NCBI GenBank assembly: GCA_038145705.1 | Contig: JAYQQF010000014.1 | Location: forward strand, 3,881-67,880 | DNA: 64,000 nucleotides | From: Alphaproteobacteria bacterium | Lineage (GTDB): Bacteria; Pseudomonadota; Alphaproteobacteria; SMXQ01 | Reading direction: 5' to 3' | Part shown: positions 50,398 through 58,145 of the stretch, in pieces | How positions within the stretch are numbered: position 1 is the first letter of the stretch | Layout of the letters: every line of letters starts with the position of its first letter | The notes under the pieces: generated by a model | Databases searched by the model: none | Told to the model about the DNA's origin: nothing | Seen by the model: only the letters and a program-made list of their open reading frames with translations | Position numbers and translations under genes: made by a program

Positions 50398-51531
50398 TCA
50401 GACGATCCTGAAAACGAACAGGCCGACACCGGCAAGCATCAATGCACCTGCCATGCCGAGGCGCAGCCGCCGCAGGAGGTCCTCGCGCCCGCGCAATCCG
50501 TAAACGGCAAGGGCGAACATGGCGCCGATCACCGTCAACTGGCCAAGCTCGACGCCCACGTTGAAGGCGACGAGCGGCACCAGGATCTGGCCGCCCGCGA
50601 AACCCGATTCCATCAGCACTCCGGCGAATCCGAGGCCGTGAAAAAGCCCGAACAGGAAGACCGTCGCCACCTTCAGCGCAATCGCCCGGGCCTCGGTATT
50701 GCGCAGGATTTCCGCGCCGACGATGGCTATCGACAGCGCAATCGCCGATTCGACGTAAAGTGCGGGCAACACGACCAGCGCCTTGACGCCGAGATAGAGC
50801 GTCACCGAATGGGCGACGGTAAACGTCGTCACCAGCGTCACCACCTGGCCGAGACGGCGGGCAAGGAAATAGACGCCCATGATGAACAGGATGTGGTCGT
50901 AGCCGAGCGGCAGGATATGGACGTAGCCGACCCACAGGAAATTCACGATCTGGTCCCATACGCCGGGCGCGGCAATATCGGCCAGCCGGATGGTCTCGCT
51001 TGCGGCGCCTTCGGCCAGCCAATAGGTCTTGATCGCGCCACTGGCCAGTTCCTTGAGGCGCAGGACGTTGGGCCCATAGGTCGCGCCGTAGCGCCACTTC
51101 AGGGTGCGGGGCGGGCTTGCCGCCTCGGCGCGCAGCCGCAGCTGGGTCCAGCGCGCCTGCTTCTGGTTCGGGTTCGTTTCGACCGTGATGCCGGCAAGCA
51201 CCGGGGAAAGCCGCTTGCCGTCGGCCTCAATGAAAACCTGCGCCAGGAACACCGGCAGAAAGTTGCGGATGGCAGCTTCGAGTTCGCCGTCGGGCAAGGC
51301 CCTGAAGCGGTCGTAGGTTTGCTTCTGCGGGGAGTCGTCGGTATCCTTGTGGGCGAAGGCAATGCCCGACAGCAGCACCTCGAAATTCTGCCTGACGACG
51401 ATATCGAATGTGGAGTCCTGCGCCGTGAACCTGATATCGACAACGGCCGGGCTGATTTCGTGGGCGGTCGCCGCCCGCGGAGGCGCCAGCAGGCACAGCA
51501 GCACCAGCAAGAGCCATCCCGGAATGCGCAT
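50398..51531 (-). CDS. HupE/UreJ-family (type 2) membrane protein with an N-terminal periplasmic domain
   Basis: From ATG 51531 there is a signal peptide MRIPGWLLLVLLCLLAPPRAATAHE. The C-terminal TM core is HILPLGYDHILFIMGVYFL...FTVAHSVTL...FGLFHGLGFAG...NVGVELGQL. The upstream 264 aa of the listed ORF is antisense to the next gene. Confidence 0.8.
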   Translation of the reverse strand: MRIPGWLLLVLLCLLAPPRAATAHEISPAVVDIRFTAQDSTFDIVVRQNFEVLLSGIAFAHKDTDDSPQKQTYDRFRALPDGELEAAIRNFLPVFLAQVFIEADGKRLSPVLAGITVETNPNQKQARWTQLRLRAEAASPPRTLKWRYGATYGPNVLRLKELASGAIKTYWLAEGAASETIRLADIAAPGVWDQIVNFLWVGYVHILPLGYDHILFIMGVYFLARRLGQVVTLVTTFTVAHSVTLYLGVKALVVLPALYVESAIALSIAIVGAEILRNTEARAIALKVATVFLFGLFHGLGFAGVLMESGFAGGQILVPLVAFNVGVELGQLTVIGAMFALAVYGLRGREDLLRRLRLGMAGALMLAGVGLFVFRIV

Positions 51532-52360
51532 GAACAGAGAAATCCCGGCCATTACCATTACCCGCTCTGCTGCCAGCCTGTTCATTGCCGCCCTGATCCT
51601 GACTGCTTCGTTCACGTCCGTTCCCGCCCACGAAGTCTGGCTGGAACCGGCAGACTTCGCCCCGGCGATCGGCAAAACCGTGCCGGTCGCGGTCAAAGTA
51701 GGCCAAAATCTCGAAGGCGAGTCACTGGTTTTTCTGCGCAAGGATTTCCCCCAGGTGGCCAAACATGCCGGGCGTCGCCGGGTATCGCTTAACGGCATCG
51801 ACGGCAATATTCCGGCACTTTCCGTGCTCATTCGCGATCGTGGTCCCAACATCATCTCCCTGGTGTCCCGCGTGTACGACCTTGAGTTCGAAAAGAAGGA
51901 GAAACTGGCCGAGTATCTCGACCTGGAAGGGTACGCCGCGCTTGCCGCCACGGTTCGTGCAACGCTCAGCAATCCCGTCGACATTGACGAGGAATACGAA
52001 CGCAACGCCAAAACGGTTCTGTTCAGCGACGGAAAACGGCAGGGGCGGGACCTGCGCGCCGGTCTCGACCTCGAATTCGTTTTCGAGGACGACTTTTCCC
52101 GCTTTGTTGCGGGGAACACGGTCCGCGTGCAATTGCTGAAAGGGGGGCGGCCATTGCCGAATATCCCCGTGAAAGCTATCGCCAAGGACCGCAAACCGGC
52201 CGCCTTTTTCCTCGTCACCGATGCCGCCGGACGGGTCGAAATCCCCCTCGACACGAAAGGACGGTGGCTGATCAACGCCGTGCTTTTTACGCGCTGGCCC
52301 TCCGGCTCCAGCGGTGAAATCAAGAGTGTCTGGGCGTCTTACTCCTTCGATATCGAGTAA
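51530..52360 (+). CDS. DUF4198-family periplasmic protein (NikM-like metal-uptake component)
   Basis: From ATG 51530: MNREIPAITITRSAASLFIAALILTASFTSVPAHEVWLEP (signal peptide plus the typical H-x-x-W-x-x-P start). The C-terminus has GRWLINAV. An alternative ATG is at 51524. Confidence 0.75.
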   Translation: MNREIPAITITRSAASLFIAALILTASFTSVPAHEVWLEPADFAPAIGKTVPVAVKVGQNLEGESLVFLRKDFPQVAKHAGRRRVSLNGIDGNIPALSVLIRDRGPNIISLVSRVYDLEFEKKEKLAEYLDLEGYAALAATVRATLSNPVDIDEEYERNAKTVLFSDGKRQGRDLRAGLDLEFVFEDDFSRFVAGNTVRVQLLKGGRPLPNIPVKAIAKDRKPAAFFLVTDAAGRVEIPLDTKGRWLINAVLFTRWPSGSSGEIKSVWASYSFDIE

Positions 52361-52540
52361 TCGGTGAGCGCGACTTACTTTGTTACCAGTAATATTTCTT
52401 ACAAATTAAAAGTTAGATTCCTTTTATCTATTTTCTTATTTGCCACGGTTTAAATTTTTTGTGTTTTCGATTTGAAACTTGGTGCTAGAGTTCAACGTTC
52501 GTTTTTCGGACATCATCAACCAACAAAAGCGAGATTTCGA

Positions 52541-52744
52541 ATGATCGCACGTCTGACTTCTCTGGGGATCGCAGCCCTGTTCGCGCTGTCCCTGGCCCCG
52601 ATGTCGACCGCGTCCGCCGCCCAGGGCAGCGACACGGTGGTCAAGTCCCAGCAGGGCGAAATGATCCAGATGGCCGGCGGCCACACCGGCGGCGAGCCGA
52701 AGAAGGAAAAGAAGAAGAAGAAGAAGAAGAAGAAGGAAGGCTGA
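52541..52744 (+). CDS. small secreted peptide (67 aa) with a Lys9 C-terminal tail
   Basis: MIARLTSLGIAALFALSLAPMSTASA|AQGSDTVVKSQQGEMIQMAGGHTGGEPKKEKKKKKKKKKEG. It has a clear Sec signal with an ASA-type cleavage site. An AT-rich 180-bp promoter region lies upstream and a strong terminator downstream. Confidence 0.65.
   Translation: MIARLTSLGIAALFALSLAPMSTASAAQGSDTVVKSQQGEMIQMAGGHTGGEPKKEKKKKKKKKKEG
52709..52735 (+). repeat. (AAG)9 trinucleotide microsatellite, in frame as nine Lys codons
   Basis: Nine uninterrupted AAG units, counted by hand, inside the small-peptide CDS. Confidence 0.95.
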
Positions 52745-52799
52745 TCGCTCTCAGTTTTCTTATAGCCAAGCGTTAGCGGCTCTTGTCTGCTATCGCTTC

Positions 52800-52840
52800 C
52801 TGCGGCGGGCTTGCTTCGGCAAGCACCGCCGCAGTTTTTT
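52800..52840 (+). terminator. rho-independent terminator after the small-peptide gene
   Basis: CTGCGGCGG-GCTTGCTTCGGCAAGCA-CCGCCGCAG followed by TTTTTT. Confidence 0.85.
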
Positions 52841-52850
52841 CAGGCCCTGC

Positions 52851-53627
52851 TCAGGGCTTCACGAACTTGAGGGTAAAGCGGTCGCTTTCGCCGATGGCCT
52901 GGTACTTGGCCCGATCCTTGTCCTCGAGGCGGTAACTCGGCGGCAGCGTCCAGACGCCTTCCGGGTGATCCCGGGTATCCTTCGGGTTGGCGTTGGCCTC
53001 CGACTTGCCTGCGAACTTGAACCCGGCTCTCTGGGCCAGCATGATCGCGTAGTCCTCGCGCACGTAGCCGTCGCTGGCCTTGGGATCCTGCGGGCGGGCC
53101 GTGCCGGCGCGATGATCGACCATGCCGAGCACGCCGCCCGGCTTCAGGGCCTTGTAGAAGGCCCTGAATGCGGCCTCGTCCGTGCCGCGCTTCATCCAGT
53201 TGTGCAGGTTGCGGAACGTCAGCACCATGTCGACGCTGCCCGCGGGCGCGATATCGACGTCGCTCGAAAAATCCGAAACCACCATCGGAAACGGCTGGGC
53301 GCCGCTCATCTGCTTCTTGGGGTTGCGGTTCTGCACCGCCATGTAGCGGCCCTTGTCCTTGAGATAGGGGACGAGAATTTCCGTCCACCAGCCGCGGCGA
53401 CCGGGCCAGATCTCGACCACGGTCATGTCCTGGCGCAGGCCGAAGAAGGTCAGGACCTCGTAAGGGTGGCGCCACTGGTCGCGGGCCGCGTAGGAGGCCG
53501 TGCGTTCGGGCGAGGCGATGGCGGCACGCAGCGCCGCGTCATCGGCCGACCGGGCCGCGCCGGCACTCACCGTCGCGAACAAAACCAAGGCGAAAGCGCC
53601 GCGCAAAAGGCGTGACAGGTACCGCAT
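52851..53627 (-). CDS. exported class I methyltransferase-fold protein (COG4798-like)
   Basis: From ATG 53627 there is a signal peptide MRYLSRLLRGAFALVLFATVSAGAARSA. Also VVEIWPGRRGWWTEILVPYL (degenerate motif I) and LKPGGVLGMVDH. Confidence 0.75.
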   Translation of the reverse strand: MRYLSRLLRGAFALVLFATVSAGAARSADDAALRAAIASPERTASYAARDQWRHPYEVLTFFGLRQDMTVVEIWPGRRGWWTEILVPYLKDKGRYMAVQNRNPKKQMSGAQPFPMVVSDFSSDVDIAPAGSVDMVLTFRNLHNWMKRGTDEAAFRAFYKALKPGGVLGMVDHRAGTARPQDPKASDGYVREDYAIMLAQRAGFKFAGKSEANANPKDTRDHPEGVWTLPPSYRLEDKDRAKYQAIGESDRFTLKFVKP

Positions 53628-54828
53628 CGACCGTCCTCCCGTTATGTGTTTGCGACACTCTAGCACGGCCGGAAACGGGCGGAAGTCGGGTCAGGCGGGC
53701 TTTCAGGACAAGCCCCGGCTTCTCGACGAGGTAATGCAGCGCGAGGGCAGCCGTCAGGGACAACGCCGCGTAGACCAGCAGAAAGGCGCCGAACCGCTGG
53801 CCGCCTGCGAGGCCCGGAAAGGCGCCGTCCAGCAGCCGAAGCGCCAGCGGGATCAGGACCAGATGCAGGAGATAGAGACTGTAGGACAGACGCGCCGTCA
53901 CCCGCAGCCATGCCGCGCCAAGAAGCCGCGCCGGGCCGCCGCCTGCGGCTGCGCCCAGCACCATCGCGCCGCAGGCGAAGGCAATCAGGCTCGATTGCAC
54001 GATCTTGTCGTAAGAAGTGATGCGCGCCAGCATTTCCGCCGGCGAAATCAGCGCGGCAAAGCCGGCGGCACCGGCCCAGAATATTGCCCCGGCATGGCGA
54101 CGCGCGGCCCCTGCAAGGTCGGAGCGGTGCAGGACCCAGGCCGCCAGAACGCCGACCAGCAGGGCGTCCATGCTGGCGTGGAAAGGGCTGCGAAACAGCA
54201 TGAAGAACCACGGATAGTCGGCGACCCAGGGGAAAATCAGGGCGGTGAGGGCGCGCAGGGCCGGGGCGAGGGCGATCAGGCCGACGAGCACCAGCAAAGC
54301 CCGGCCCGCCCGCCGGTAGGCGAGCAACGGCAGCACGAGGAACGGCGCCAACAGGTAAAACTTTTCCTCAACCCCCAGCGACCAGAACACGACATTGAAA
54401 TCGGCGGGCAGGTAGTCCTGCAGGAACAGCAGGTGATAGGCGAGGCGGAACCCCCAATTTTCCGCAGGGACCGGGTAATACGGCACAAGGCCGAAAGCGA
54501 CGATCAGAAGAACCGCGTAATAGGCCGGCACGATTCGCAGCGCACGGCCCGCCAGATAGGCCGCGATTCCCGGGCGCCCGCCGCGCAGAAGGCTGCCCGC
54601 GATCAGGAAGCCCGACAGCACGAAAAACAGATCGACGCCGACCCAACCGTTGAGAAACGGCGCCCAGATATCCCAGCCCCCAATCTGGACCTCGGGCGCG
54701 GGCGCGCCCTCGGCCCGCAGGCCGTGGCGCGCCATGACGAGCAGGATCGCGAAGGCCCGCAAACCGTCGAGAGCCGGCTGCTGGCCCGGCTGCACCGGAA
54801 AGGCCAGGTAGCGTATCGGAAAGCGCAT
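53539..54828 (-). CDS. acyltransferase family 3 (OafA-like) integral membrane acyltransferase
   Basis: LDGLRAFAILLVMARHG near the N-terminus and about 10 hydrophobic segments. The last ~30 codons (89 nt) overlap the start of the downstream methyltransferase-fold gene in another frame. Confidence 0.8.
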   Translation of the reverse strand: MRFPIRYLAFPVQPGQQPALDGLRAFAILLVMARHGLRAEGAPAPEVQIGGWDIWAPFLNGWVGVDLFFVLSGFLIAGSLLRGGRPGIAAYLAGRALRIVPAYYAVLLIVAFGLVPYYPVPAENWGFRLAYHLLFLQDYLPADFNVVFWSLGVEEKFYLLAPFLVLPLLAYRRAGRALLVLVGLIALAPALRALTALIFPWVADYPWFFMLFRSPFHASMDALLVGVLAAWVLHRSDLAGAARRHAGAIFWAGAAGFAALISPAEMLARITSYDKIVQSSLIAFACGAMVLGAAAGGGPARLLGAAWLRVTARLSYSLYLLHLVLIPLALRLLDGAFPGLAGGQRFGAFLLVYAALSLTAALALHYLVEKPGLVLKARLTRLPPVSGRARVSQTHNGRTVDAVPVTPFARRFRLGFVRDGECRRGPVGR

Positions 54829-54992
54829 GGAAAAATGCCTCGAAAAATCTTCAACCTATTTACGCACATGCCAACTTAATGCGCTGTTAAACGGACAATT
54901 TTCGTAAATCTCTCCCCGTCGTCGGCAAGCCTGCGGCAGGCGCGTATTTGACCGGTGCAGATCGGCGGCAAATTGCTAAACTCCGCGCCGCC

Positions 54993-55796
54993 ATGACGAT
55001 CATCGACAGCCATTGCCACCTCGATTTCCCCGACTTCGCCGACGAACGCGAGGCGGTGATCGCCCGCGCCCATGCCGCGGGCGTCGGCGGCATGCTGACG
55101 ATCTGCACCAAGCTCGCCAATTTCCCAACAATCCGGGCGCTTGCGGAGGCCCACCGGGGCATCTGGTGTTCAGTCGGCGTCCATCCGCACGAAGCCGAGG
55201 GCGCCGACGGCATCGCGCCCGCGCGCCTCGTCGCGGAAACCGGGCATCCCAAGGTCATCGGCATCGGCGAGGCGGGGCTGGATTTCTATTACGAGCATGC
55301 CCCGCGCGACATCCAGGAACGGGTATTTCGCGCCCATATCGCCGCCGCCCGCGAAACAGGTCTGCCGCTGATCATCCATTCCCGCGATGCCGATGCCGAC
55401 ATGGTGCGAATTCTTGACGAAGAACAGGAAACCGGTGCTTTTCCCGGCCTGATCCACTGCTTTTCCTCCGGCGCCGAGGTGGCTGAAGCCGCGCTTCGCC
55501 ACGGCATGTACGTCTCGTTTTCCGGGATCGTGACCTTCAAGAACGCCGAAGCGGTGCGCGAGGTCGCAAGGACAGTTCCCGAAGACAGGCTGCTGGTCGA
55601 AACCGACGCGCCCTACCTTGCCCCGGTGCCGGTGCGCGGCAAGCGCTGCGAACCGGCCTTCACCGCCCATACGGCGGCCTTCGTGGCGAACCTGCGGGGG
55701 CTTTCGCGCGAACGCCTCGCCGAAATCACCACGGCCAACTTCTTTCGCCTGTTTTCCAAGGCCCGGCCCGACGAAATTTCCGGGGCAACGGCATGA
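54993..55796 (+). CDS. tatD: TatD-family metal-dependent hydrolase/DNase
   Basis: From ATG 54993: MTIIDSHCHLDFPDF, plus GIGEAGLDFYY, IIHSRDA and LLVETDAPYL. Confidence 0.9.
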   Translation: MTIIDSHCHLDFPDFADEREAVIARAHAAGVGGMLTICTKLANFPTIRALAEAHRGIWCSVGVHPHEAEGADGIAPARLVAETGHPKVIGIGEAGLDFYYEHAPRDIQERVFRAHIAAARETGLPLIIHSRDADADMVRILDEEQETGAFPGLIHCFSSGAEVAEAALRHGMYVSFSGIVTFKNAEAVREVARTVPEDRLLVETDAPYLAPVPVRGKRCEPAFTAHTAAFVANLRGLSRERLAEITTANFFRLFSKARPDEISGATA

Positions 55797-56614
55797 AATT
55801 GACCATCCTCGGCTGTGGCGCGGCTTCCGGCCTGCCGATGATCGGCGTCGGCTGGGGCGATTGCGACCCCGCCAACCCGCGTAACCGGCGCCTGCGGGCC
55901 TCGGTCCTGGTCGAGGCAGAGGGAAAAAACCTGCTGGTCGATACCAGCCCCGACATGCGTGAACAGCTTCTGGGCACAGGCACGACGCGCCTAGACGGCA
56001 TCATTTTCACCCACACTCATGCCGACCACACCCACGGCATCGACGAAGTGCGGCAGTTCAATCGCTTCCAGAAGAGTGCCATCGACGCCTGGGCGACCCG
56101 CCAAGATCTAAACTATTTAGTAAAGAAGTTCGATTATATATTTGATTTAATAGAAAATAATCCGAATGGTCTGACGTATTACAAGCCCCAGCTCGTGGCC
56201 CGCGAACTGCATTGGGGCGAAACCACACGGATCGCGGGCGTGGCGGTACTGCCGTTCGGCCAAAACCATGGGTTTTCGATGACCACGGGGCTGCGCTTCG
56301 GTCCGATCGGCTATTCGACGGACGTCGTCTGGCTCGACGACGCGGCCTTCGAAGCCCTCAAGGGCGTTCGCGTCTGGGTTATCGGCTGTCTGCAGGAAGC
56401 TGAGCATCCGACCCATGCCAATCTGTCCCGCGTCCTGGAATGGATCGACAGAGTGGGGCCGGAACGCGCCATCCTGACGCATTTGTCCCATCGCATGGAT
56501 TACGAGACACTCTTGGCAAAATGTCCGGCGAATGTCGAACCTGCCTATGACGGGATGTGCATTGAGATGGGATCCGAACCGGGAACGCCGATTTCAATCG
56601 GCCCGGGAAAATAG
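55793..56614 (+). CDS. MBL-fold metallo-hydrolase (PhnP-like)
   Basis: The start overlaps the tatD stop (ATGA). MKLTILGCGAASGLP and the HTHADHTHG metal motif. It contains an internal AT-rich patch at 56104-56170. Confidence 0.85.
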   Translation: MKLTILGCGAASGLPMIGVGWGDCDPANPRNRRLRASVLVEAEGKNLLVDTSPDMREQLLGTGTTRLDGIIFTHTHADHTHGIDEVRQFNRFQKSAIDAWATRQDLNYLVKKFDYIFDLIENNPNGLTYYKPQLVARELHWGETTRIAGVAVLPFGQNHGFSMTTGLRFGPIGYSTDVVWLDDAAFEALKGVRVWVIGCLQEAEHPTHANLSRVLEWIDRVGPERAILTHLSHRMDYETLLAKCPANVEPAYDGMCIEMGSEPGTPISIGPGK

Positions 56615-56676
56615 CGTTTGAATGCAACGGCCTAAGGTAAACCTAATATTTTCCATAATATACATTATGAGAATAA

Positions 56677-57507
56677 TTGAAAGAACATGAAGTGAGCGAA
56701 CCGGTCTCTCCCATCGCACGCCTGATCGACGTCATGGCGCGGCTGCGCGATCCCGCAAACGGTTGCCCCTGGGACCGCGAGCAGACCTTCGCCACGATCG
56801 CCCCTTACACGATCGAGGAAGCCTACGAGGTCGCCGACGCCATCGCCTCGGGCGACCGAGGTGCGCTGAAGGACGAACTGGGCGATCTCCTGTTCCAGGT
56901 CGTCTATTACGCGCAGATGTCGCGCGAAGAAGGCGGTTTCGATTTCGACGCCATCGCCGCCCACGAAGCCGAAAAGATGATCCGCCGCCATCCCCATGTC
57001 TTTGGCGATGCGGAGATCCGCGACGCCGCCGCCCAGACCCGGGCCTGGGAATCCCACAAGGCGGCCGAACGCGCAGCCAAAGGCGCGAGCGACCGGCCCG
57101 ACAGCGTGCTGGACGGGGTTGCGATGGCCCTGCCCGCCCTCATCCGCGCCGAAAAGCTGACCAAACGCGCGGCCCGCGTCGGCTTCGACTGGCCGAGCGT
57201 CGTCGAGGTCTTCGCCAAGATCGAGGAAGAACTGTCCGAAGCCCGCCGCGAAGTCGAAAACGACTCGCCACGCGCCCGCATCGAGGACGAAATCGGCGAC
57301 CTGCTGTTCGCCGTCGCCAACTTGGCGCGAAAGCTGAATATCGACCCGGAAGCGGCGCTGCGCGCCACCAACGGCAAGTTCACCCGGCGCTTTCACCACA
57401 TCGAGGCCGAACTGCGCGCCCGCGGCAAGTCCCCCGACCAGTCGGACCTGGCCGAGATGGACGCGCTCTGGAACGAGGCGAAGAAAAAAGAAAACGGCGA
57501 TATTTAG
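56677..57507 (+). CDS. mazG: nucleoside triphosphate pyrophosphohydrolase MazG
   Basis: CPWDREQTFATIAPYTIEEAYEVADAI and ELGDLLFQVV, plus a second half with EIGDLLFAVANLAR. The start is TTG 56677 or GTG 56692. Confidence 0.9.
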   Translation: MKEHEVSEPVSPIARLIDVMARLRDPANGCPWDREQTFATIAPYTIEEAYEVADAIASGDRGALKDELGDLLFQVVYYAQMSREEGGFDFDAIAAHEAEKMIRRHPHVFGDAEIRDAAAQTRAWESHKAAERAAKGASDRPDSVLDGVAMALPALIRAEKLTKRAARVGFDWPSVVEVFAKIEEELSEARREVENDSPRARIEDEIGDLLFAVANLARKLNIDPEAALRATNGKFTRRFHHIEAELRARGKSPDQSDLAEMDALWNEAKKKENGDI

Positions 57508-58010
57508 CGCGCTTCCCGCTCGATCTTGTTGCACTGGTAATTGTAGTGGCACTGGAAATCGCCGATACCCGGGATCGTCATCACCCCCGACGCGCCATTG
57601 ATCGAACAGGTCTTGGCCACTTCATGCACGGTCCCGTCGCTGAAGATGATCTTGTCGAGAACACCGTTCTTGCCTTCCCAGCCCGTGACCGTCACCTTGC
57701 CCGTCGGAACGACCTTGGTAACCTCGCGCCCGTTGGCATAGGTGCACTGCTTGCGCCCCTGGTCGTCGTCTTCGTCGGGAACGTAGTTGCAGCCGCCCGC
57801 AACGTTCCAGTCACGGCACAAACGGCAATCGACCCGGTTGCTGGTGAAAAACGCCCAACGCGAGTTGTCGACCTTGTGCTGCCACTGGCCGGTCAGAAGC
57901 TCAACACGGCAGGCGGCAGCGGATGCAGGCGATGCCATAGCCACGAGCGCCGCAACCGTCACGACAGAAAGCACGCTGCAACGCAGCGCGCGCGATACGC
58001 TTGAAAACAT
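57504..58010 (-). CDS. secreted 8-Cys protein of unknown function (168 aa)
   Basis: From ATG 58010 (GGAGG lies 8 nt upstream) there is a signal peptide MFSSVSRALRCSVLSVVTVAALVAMASPASA. The mature part has eight Cys. Its stop overlaps the mazG stop. Confidence 0.65.
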   Translation of the reverse strand: MFSSVSRALRCSVLSVVTVAALVAMASPASAAACRVELLTGQWQHKVDNSRWAFFTSNRVDCRLCRDWNVAGGCNYVPDEDDDQGRKQCTYANGREVTKVVPTGKVTVTGWEGKNGVLDKIIFSDGTVHEVAKTCSINGASGVMTIPGIGDFQCHYNYQCNKIEREAR

Positions 58011-58145
58011 GAAAACCGCCTCCAGCGAGGATTGTGGGAAACGGCTTATGGGATGGTTCGCGCGCGCCCGCCGGTGGCCGCCGCGTTGGTTGGTGCGCAT
58101 CCTAGCCGCTTGCCCGCCCGGCGGGAAGACCCTGCATGGCACAGC

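Noticed and set aside
51532-52323. N-terminal 264 codons of the 641-aa minus-strand ORF that ends as HupE
   Set aside because: This part is antisense to the DUF4198 gene. The HupE product has a proper signal peptide from ATG 51531.
54876-54891. TTAA-N7-TTAAA in the acyltransferase/tatD divergent region (near-CtrA box)
   Set aside because: The last position deviates from TTAAC, and AT-rich promoter sequence makes such near matches likely by chance.
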